32,000 nucleotides of DNA, from the NCBI RefSeq assembly GCF_000023965.1, contig NC_013202.1, positions 1,440,001-1,472,000 of the forward strand, given 5' to 3'. The translations under genes and the position numbers were made by a program. The stretch is from Halomicrobium mukohataei DSM 12286. Its GTDB lineage: Archaea; Halobacteriota; Halobacteria; Halobacteriales; Haloarculaceae. Positions 16,662 through 23,006 of the stretch are shown here, one piece after another; positions within the stretch are counted from its first letter, which is position 1; every line of letters starts with the position of its first letter. Below the pieces are notes generated by a model that was given only the letters and a program-made list of their open reading frames with translations, did not search any database and had not been told where the DNA came from.

Positions 16662-18496
16662 CGCTCCAGCTCGTCAGCGGCGTGACGGGGGCCCTCGTCG
16701 ACACGACCGCCCGAATCGCCGGCACGGCGGTGCTCGCCGGCTTCCTCGCGGCGGCGGTCGCGCTGTTCTACCGGTGGTACGTCCGCGAGCGGGTGCCGGT
16801 CGGACTGGCGTTGCTGGTCGGGCTCTCCGGCGTCGCCGCCGTCGCCGGGGCGACCTCGCTGCTGGCCCAGCAGCTCGTGCCGGGCGGTGCCGACCCGGAC
16901 GCCCTCGTGGCGCTGCTCAACGTCGTCACGTTCCTCGTCGGCGGCCTCGGGGCGTACGCAGGCATGCGGGTCGGCGACACACTCGGGATCGACCTGTTCG
17001 CGGCGACGGGGGGCAACGGGATCGACGGCGAGGTCAGCGAACTCGTCAAGGCCGTCGGTCGCGTCATCGCCGTCGAGATCCCCGAGGAGATCGACGACAT
17101 CGTCGGCTACGATCCGGTCGCGGCCGCGACCCGGGAGACCCTCGCCGGTCGGACGTTCCTCTTCCCGCGGCGGCTCACGCAGGCGGAGCTGCGCGAGCGG
17201 TTCGTCTCGCGGCTGAAGACCGACTACGGCGTCGGCCACGTCGACGTGGAGTTCGACGAGGCCGGCAACATCGAGTACCTGGCGCTGGGCTCGCGGGCCG
17301 CCGGGATCGGTCCGACGCTCCCGCCGGCCACCAACGCGGTCGCGATCCGGGCCGACCCGGCAAACGCCGCCAGCGCGGGCGATCTCGTCCAGGTCTGGGA
17401 GACCGATCCCCCGCGGCGCGTGCTCACGGGAGAGCTCCGCGGCGTCGCCGACGAGATCGTCACGGTCGCCATCGACGCTGCCGACACGCCCAAACTCGAC
17501 CCCACGAGCCGGTACAAGCTCGTGACGCTGCCGGTCCAGGACCGGCCGGACCGGGAGTTCGCGTCCCTCCTCCGGGCCGCAGACGAGACCCTCGCCACGG
17601 TCACCGTCGCGGCGGGCTCCCCGATCGACGGGACCCCCGTGGGTTCGCTGTCGGTCACCGTCGCTGCCGTCACACGCGACGACGAGCGGCCCGTCCCGCT
17701 TCCGTCACGAGACCGGGTCCTCAGGGCTGGCGACGTACTCTACGCCATCGCGACGCCGGACGCGCTCCGGAAGCTGGAGGCCGCCACCGCGGCCCCCGAG
17801 GGCGCGGTCGCGGAGCCGGCCGACGGGACGGACGACGAACCGGCGACGGCCGCCGAGGACGCGACAGCCCCGGAACCCGCGGCGAGCGACCGCCCACCAG
17901 CGGACCACCGGCCCGACCAGTCGGAAAGCGAGCGACGAGCGGACGCGTCCGACGGGCAACCGGACGCCGGAGACGAGGTGGTGGGCGACGACGCGGACGA
18001 CACATCGACGACAGAAAGCGAGGCCGATGCGTCGGGCGACGACGGCGCGGACGATGCCGCCCTCTCTGGCGACGCGTTCCCCGACAGCGACGACCTCCCG
18101 GGCATCGATCCCGAGGACGCGACGGCGTCCCCGTCCGACGGCGGAGACGACGACACCGAGGCGATCCCCGACACCGCCGCGTTTCCCGACACCGACGACC
18201 TCCCCGGATCGGAGCTGACAGACGAGGGAGACGCCCGAGCGGATCGGGAGGACGACGGGGACGGAACCGACGGCGCGACGGCGCGGAGCGCGCCGTCGGA
18301 CGAGGACGAAGCCGCGGGCGACTTCGCCGACCTGCTCGACACCGATGTCGGCGCGGGCGACGACCTGGACGACCTCCTCGACGAGGACACCGGCGACACG
18401 GTCGATCTCGACGACGAAACGGCGGACGGATCGGAAGCGGACGACCGCCTCGACGAGGACACCGACGAGACGGACGACCGCGACCGGACCGCCTGA
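16658..18496 (+). CDS. Membrane-anchored TrkA-C (RCK_C) domain protein with long hyperacidic C-terminal tail; paralog of 15444..16661
   Basis: GTG 16658 overlaps the upstream stop (GTGA). 'AELRERFVSRLKTDYGVGHVDVEFDEAG' parallels the paralog. RCK_C-like 'GSPIDGTPVGSLSVTVAAVTRDDERPVPLPSRDRVLRAGDVLYAIA'. From about nt 17780 onward the protein is a roughly 240-aa D/E/A/T-rich tail. Confidence 0.85.
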   Translation: MTLQLVSGVTGALVDTTARIAGTAVLAGFLAAAVALFYRWYVRERVPVGLALLVGLSGVAAVAGATSLLAQQLVPGGADPDALVALLNVVTFLVGGLGAYAGMRVGDTLGIDLFAATGGNGIDGEVSELVKAVGRVIAVEIPEEIDDIVGYDPVAAATRETLAGRTFLFPRRLTQAELRERFVSRLKTDYGVGHVDVEFDEAGNIEYLALGSRAAGIGPTLPPATNAVAIRADPANAASAGDLVQVWETDPPRRVLTGELRGVADEIVTVAIDAADTPKLDPTSRYKLVTLPVQDRPDREFASLLRAADETLATVTVAAGSPIDGTPVGSLSVTVAAVTRDDERPVPLPSRDRVLRAGDVLYAIATPDALRKLEAATAAPEGAVAEPADGTDDEPATAAEDATAPEPAASDRPPADHRPDQSESERRADASDGQPDAGDEVVGDDADDTSTTESEADASGDDGADDAALSGDAFPDSDDLPGIDPEDATASPSDGGDDDTEAIPDTAAFPDTDDLPGSELTDEGDARADREDDGDGTDGATARSAPSDEDEAAGDFADLLDTDVGAGDDLDDLLDEDTGDTVDLDDETADGSEADDRLDEDTDETDDRDRTA

Positions 18497-18618
18497 TACG
18501 GAACGTTGTCGTCGCTTCCCGGTCGGTCCTCACGGGGGAGGACCACCGGTCGATCGCGGCGACCCGCGCGACCGACCCAACCGCTACCGTTATTTTGCGG
18601 CCGCCGTAGGGCACTGAC

Positions 18619-19395
18619 ATGGCTGGGCACGACGGCGTCGGGCGGCGACTCGAACGGCTAGTCGGGCGCTACTTCGGCGTGACGTTGCCAGACACTGAGA
18701 GATTGCCCCGGTACGTCGCGCCGCTGCCCGAGTGGCTCGAAGACCTGGGACTCCGACTGGCCTGGCCGATCGCGCTGGTCAATCTCGTCGGGACGCTCTT
18801 TGGGTTCTGGTACTACGCGGGTCGGCCGCTGAACCTCGCGCCGCCCCTGGTCGAAGGACAGCTCGGCGCTGCACCGGCGCTGGCCTACCCACTGATCCCC
18901 GACTCGCCCGTCGCGACGATGTTCATCGGGCTCTCGCTCGTGGCCTGGCGACTGGACTACGACGCCGACTGGCTCCACATGCTGGCGTTCTTCGGCTGCC
19001 TGAAGCTCGGGCTGTGGACGCCCTACGTCCAGCTCGTGATCAACGGGCCGGCCGGCGTCCCGCTGTGGCTCTACTGGTTCCTGATCCTGAGCCACATGGC
19101 GATGGCCGTCGAGGCCTTCCTGATCCACCGCTACGCGTCGTTCTCGGTGTCGGCCGTCGCCGTCGCACTGGGCTGGTACGGCTTCAACGACGTGGTGGAC
19201 TACTTCGTCCCGGTTCTGGGCGGGCCACACCACACCTGGCTGCGAGCGGAGTCCGTCGTCGGCGGGTTCGACCACACGCTCCCGGCCCACAATCTGGCCG
19301 CCGGCTGGGCGGTGGTGCTGACGTTCGTCGCCGTCTTCCTCGCACTGGCGACGCGGGTCGAGAAGTGCAAACGCCGCGAGGCCGCCCCGGAGTGA
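18619..19395 (+). CDS. Polytopic membrane protein, probably DUF1405 family
   Basis: 258 aa with about 6 TM segments. 'LAWPIALVNLVGTLFGFWYYAG' resembles the conserved N-terminal region of DUF1405 proteins as I recall them. Confidence 0.75.
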   Translation: MAGHDGVGRRLERLVGRYFGVTLPDTERLPRYVAPLPEWLEDLGLRLAWPIALVNLVGTLFGFWYYAGRPLNLAPPLVEGQLGAAPALAYPLIPDSPVATMFIGLSLVAWRLDYDADWLHMLAFFGCLKLGLWTPYVQLVINGPAGVPLWLYWFLILSHMAMAVEAFLIHRYASFSVSAVAVALGWYGFNDVVDYFVPVLGGPHHTWLRAESVVGGFDHTLPAHNLAAGWAVVLTFVAVFLALATRVEKCKRREAAPE

Positions 19396-19807
19396 GACTG
19401 CGAGAAGCGAACGCCGCCCCCCTCAGGCCGCGCCGACGGCGGCCGCGACGAAGGTCCATCGGGTACCGCTGCGGGTTTCGGTCTCTTTCTGTGCTGCACG
19501 GTGCTGGTCGCGTCGGTGTTGCCAGTTCATCGTAGCCGAATAGAGGGGACGTACACGCATGAGTGTTTCGTGAAATTGATATAATTGTCGTGAACGTCAG
19601 TTACAGTTAGAGTGTCTATGTAGCACGGATAGTCGGCTAACCATCTCTCCCTCATCGAAATAGGTAACTGAACTGTCTGCTAGAATCGCGGTAGCACACC
19701 GCAGGGGCGACGGACGACGCCGCCGATCTCGCGCACGTCGCGTGGCGATGGCCGACACTTCGCGCGGCTCGGGACCCTCCACAGACCGAGCGCCACTGCC
19801 GTCCGTA

Positions 19808-20782
19808 TCAGTCGGACTCGAAGCCGTTTGGCTCGGTTCGGACCGGGGGGTCGTTCGGCCGGAGACCCGGAACGCGGCGGCGGACCGCCGTGGCGTCGAC
19901 GGACTGGCTTCCGAGCACGGCGAAGCCGGCGAAGATCGTCAGGAAGCCGGCGACGGCAGTCGGTGCGATCGTCTCGTCGAGCAGCGCCCACCCGCCCAGC
20001 GTCGCGACGACCGGGACGACGTAGAACACGAGGTTCGCACGGATCGGCCCGGCCGTGTCCAGTAGCTCGAAGTAGGCGATGTAGGCGATCGCACCGGCGA
20101 AGACCCCGACGTAGCCAAGCGCCAGCAGCGCCTCGCCGCTCCAGGTGATCGCGCCGACGGATTCGCCGGCAGCACGGCTCAGGGCGTGCGTGAGGCCGGC
20201 ACCGAGGGGGAGTCCCCAGGCAGTGCGGACGCTGCTGGACAGCTCTCCGTCGGCCCAGCGGATGAGCACGCTGCCAAGCGCGCCGCTGACCGCACCGGCA
20301 AAGAGGATCGCCTTGCCGAACCCACCGGCGAGGAGGTTCGCCGGGTCGGGGCTGACGACCAGTCCGACGCCGAGCAGGCCGAGGATCATCCCGGCGCTGC
20401 CCCGAGCCGAGAGCCGATCGTCGGCCAACAGGACTGCCGCGAACACCGGCGTCAGGATCGGGTTGAGGCTGAAGACGATCGAACCGACGGCACTGGTGGC
20501 GTACTGCTGGCCGACGAACAGCAGCGCGTTGGTCAGCCCGATGGCGAAGATCCCGGTGGCGACGATGCCCACCACGTCGCCGCGAGTGCGCGGCAGGAGT
20601 GCCTCGCGGGGCGTCGTCGCGACGGCGTAGCCGATCAGGACGACCGACGCCACGTCGAAGCGCAGGGCGACGAACAGCAGGGGCGGGAAGTAGTCCAGTC
20701 CCGCCTTCGCGGCGACGAACGTCCCCCCGAAGAGGACGCTCGCGACCGCGAACGACACGAGCGTTCTGCGGCTGCCGTTCAC
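19808..20782 (-). CDS. DMT-superfamily transporter (two EamA repeats)
   Basis: GTG 20782 ('VNGSRRTLVSFAVASVLFGGTFVAAKAGLDYFPPLLFVALRF') and 10 TM segments in a 5+5 arrangement. The upstream part of the listed 439-aa ORF is R-rich and non-coding-like. Confidence 0.85.
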   Translation of the reverse strand: MNGSRRTLVSFAVASVLFGGTFVAAKAGLDYFPPLLFVALRFDVASVVLIGYAVATTPREALLPRTRGDVVGIVATGIFAIGLTNALLFVGQQYATSAVGSIVFSLNPILTPVFAAVLLADDRLSARGSAGMILGLLGVGLVVSPDPANLLAGGFGKAILFAGAVSGALGSVLIRWADGELSSSVRTAWGLPLGAGLTHALSRAAGESVGAITWSGEALLALGYVGVFAGAIAYIAYFELLDTAGPIRANLVFYVVPVVATLGGWALLDETIAPTAVAGFLTIFAGFAVLGSQSVDATAVRRRVPGLRPNDPPVRTEPNGFESD

Positions 20783-20946
20783 TCGCCGCTCACCCCGTCG
20801 GGTCCCCAGCCTGCGGCGATGCCGATACGATATCGCTGTGCGTCGAGACGAGTCATACTCGAACGGAGGGTCTGCAAACGCATGAACTACGTTCGAAAAT
20901 CGGAGCCGCTGTGCAAGGCCCGGCTCCCGATCGGCGACGACACCCT

Positions 20947-20963
20947 CGTGAAAATCTTTCACG
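20947..20963. promoter_or_regulatory. Palindromic operator-like site 'CGTGAAA-ATC-TTTCACG'
   Basis: Perfect 7-bp inverted arms with a 3-nt spacer, immediately upstream of the TATA-like 'TTTAC' (20976-20980), about 41-57 nt upstream of ATG 21004. Confidence 0.4.
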
Positions 20964-20975
20964 CTACGAAAGCGG

Positions 20976-20980
20976 TTTAC
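20976..20980 (+). promoter_or_regulatory. TATA-like element 'TTTAC' for 21004 regulator gene
   Basis: Located 26 nt upstream of ATG 21004, a leaderless-type spacing. Confidence 0.3.
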
Positions 20981-21003
20981 ACCGGCGAGTGCGAACGTGA
21001 CGT

Positions 21004-21798
21004 ATGGAGGCTGCGCTGTCGGAAATCGAGTTTCTCGCGCTCTCCGAGAACCGAGTGTCGGTGCTCGCCCTGCTCGCGAGCGAGCGCCACACCCGCCGAG
21101 AACTGGCCGACGAGACCGGCGCGTCACAGGCGACGCTGGGCCGCATTCTGGGCGACTTCGAGGACCGGTCCTGGGTCCGGCGCGAGAGCGGCGGCTACGT
21201 CGCCACCGCGACGGGCGAACTCGTCGCCTCGGGCTTTACCGACCTGCTGTCGACGCTGGAGACGGAGCGCGCACTGCGACCGATCGTCGAACACCTCCCG
21301 GCGGACGCGATGACGTTCGACCTCCGGCGGCTGGCCGACGCCACAATTACGACTCCCAGCGGGACCCGCCCCAACGCGCCCGTCCAGCGGGTCCTCGACA
21401 TGATCGAAACCGCCGCGGACGTGCGTGTCTTCTCACACGCGTTCAACGAGCAGAGCCTCACGGTCGTCCAGGAACGCACCGCCGCCGGCCAACAGACGTT
21501 CCGCGGCGTGTTCTCCCGGACCGCGATCGAAGCCCTCGCGGAGGACTCTGCGCTGCGCGAGCGACTGCTCGCGCTCGTCGCGACGGACGGCGTCGAGATC
21601 AGGCTCGCACGCGACGAGCTGCCACTGGCCGTCACCGTCGCGGACGAGACCGTCCATCTGCTCGTGCGCGACGACAACGGCGTCCTGCAGGCATCGATCG
21701 ACGCCGACGACCCCGCGGTGCTGTCGTGGGCCGACGAGACCTTCGAGCGGTACTGGACGGCAGCCGAGCCCCTCGATCGAACGGAGTTCGCCGAGTGA
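21004..21798 (+). CDS. wHTH transcriptional regulator with DUF1724 / FilR1-like C-terminal domain
   Basis: N-terminal wHTH 'LSENRVSVLALLASERHTRRELADETGASQATLGRILGDFEDRSWV'. The roughly 170-aa C-terminal domain ('RALRPIVEHLPADAMTFDLRRLADATITTP...') is typical of this archaeal regulator family. Confidence 0.85.
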   Translation: MEAALSEIEFLALSENRVSVLALLASERHTRRELADETGASQATLGRILGDFEDRSWVRRESGGYVATATGELVASGFTDLLSTLETERALRPIVEHLPADAMTFDLRRLADATITTPSGTRPNAPVQRVLDMIETAADVRVFSHAFNEQSLTVVQERTAAGQQTFRGVFSRTAIEALAEDSALRERLLALVATDGVEIRLARDELPLAVTVADETVHLLVRDDNGVLQASIDADDPAVLSWADETFERYWTAAEPLDRTEFAE

Positions 21799-22824
21799 TC
21801 AAGCGGCTTCGACACTGCCTTGGCTCGGCTTGTAGGGGACGGACACGTCCGACGGACTGTAAACGAGCGTATTGTCGTCGTCTTGCACGCTGAGTCCACT
21901 AACCAATAGACTAGCGGACGCGGTGTTGAGCGTCGCCGTCGCCGCACCCTTCGCGTCGATCGTCGCATATTGAAGCTCTATCGAACTCTTAGCAGAGAGG
22001 GCCACCCCTTCGTTCTTCGAGCGGAACTGTGCATAGTTAGCACTCAGCGGTCCACCGGCGTCGACCTGTATCTGTTTGTTGCTCTCGATGGTTGCGTAAC
22101 TGAGATCTACGGATCCGTCCGCGTCCAGAGTGATCGGTCTGTTCGATTCGAGCGTCGTGTTCTGAATTCGGATCGTGTTCGCCTTTACCGATATCGGCTG
22201 GCCCGTGGCATCGAGCGTGCCCGCATTTCTGATAACAAGTTTTACACTTCGATTCTCGAAATCTTCCAGATCGCCGATAGAGTACGTCTGTTCGCCCTCG
22301 TCGTACTCGCCGTCACCGTCGGCGTCGTCGAACGCCGGCCGATCGCCCGGCTGGCCGCCACCACCGGGACAGTCGTACGCCACGTCGACGGTCAGCAACG
22401 CGTTCCGTATCGTCACCCCGTCACCGGCCGCCTCGGTGACGTGGACCTGCAACTGGGCCGTCCCGCTCTGTCCGTTCGGCTCGCATTTGACCGCGATGTC
22501 CGTTCCACTACCGGAATCTAGGTTCGTCGTCGTCCCGGTAGTGACGACGGTGAGCGCGCCCCCGTCGCCGTCGACCGAGACGCTGTAGGTCGTTTCCAGT
22601 GGCTCACCGGCGTTGTTGCGCAGCGTCGCGACCGTCGTCGCGCTCGGGTTCGTGACGGTCGTTCCGCTCGGTTCGAGCGCGATCAGTGCCGAGCCGTCGG
22701 GTGCCGTGCCCACCGAGACGCCCCGATCGGCACCCGCGGTCGTGAGACCGACCGTCGGAGCCAGACCGACCACTACGCCCGCGACTACCAGCACGACGGC
22801 GACCGTTCTGAGGACTCCTAACAC
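21799..22824 (-). CDS. Secreted or membrane-anchored protein with C-terminal beta-helix-like repeats
   Basis: I chose GTG 22824 ('MLGVLRTVAVVLVVAGVVVGLAPTVGL...' after fMet substitution) because the upstream frame is R/G-rich junk with no ATG. The C-terminal half has repetitive 'IxLxxAxIxSN..I.VDA.G' units (N/S/T/I/K-rich). Stop TGA abuts the regulator stop (TGATCA at 21796-21801). Confidence 0.65.
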   Translation of the reverse strand: MLGVLRTVAVVLVVAGVVVGLAPTVGLTTAGADRGVSVGTAPDGSALIALEPSGTTVTNPSATTVATLRNNAGEPLETTYSVSVDGDGGALTVVTTGTTTNLDSGSGTDIAVKCEPNGQSGTAQLQVHVTEAAGDGVTIRNALLTVDVAYDCPGGGGQPGDRPAFDDADGDGEYDEGEQTYSIGDLEDFENRSVKLVIRNAGTLDATGQPISVKANTIRIQNTTLESNRPITLDADGSVDLSYATIESNKQIQVDAGGPLSANYAQFRSKNEGVALSAKSSIELQYATIDAKGAATATLNTASASLLVSGLSVQDDDNTLVYSPSDVSVPYKPSQGSVEAA

Positions 22825-23006
22825 TGACCACCACCCCGTTTTCGCGTGTCCCGCGTCCCGCGACGAGCGGGCTGCCCACCGCCCAGCACCCAACTGCAGC
22901 GGTCGTCTGTTGTGTGCGTAGGGGTCCGCTAACGGATAATCTTTCCGGGCACACGTCTGACAGACCGCGGGGACGCTGCCAGCGAGGCGGCCGTCGTCGC
23001 TCTCGC

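Noticed and set aside
16597-18630. Three very long ORFs (670 aa on plus; 299 and 296 aa on minus) across the TrkA-C genes
   Set aside because: They are almost pure R/G/P or S/A/P low-complexity sequence. They are frame-shifted or antisense readings of the GAC/GAG-rich acidic tail of the real gene 16658..18496.
19597-19782. 61-aa minus-strand ORF in the 412-bp convergent spacer
   Set aside because: R-rich and basic, with no promoter at the right distance, and it spans the AT-rich core. It is more likely non-coding.
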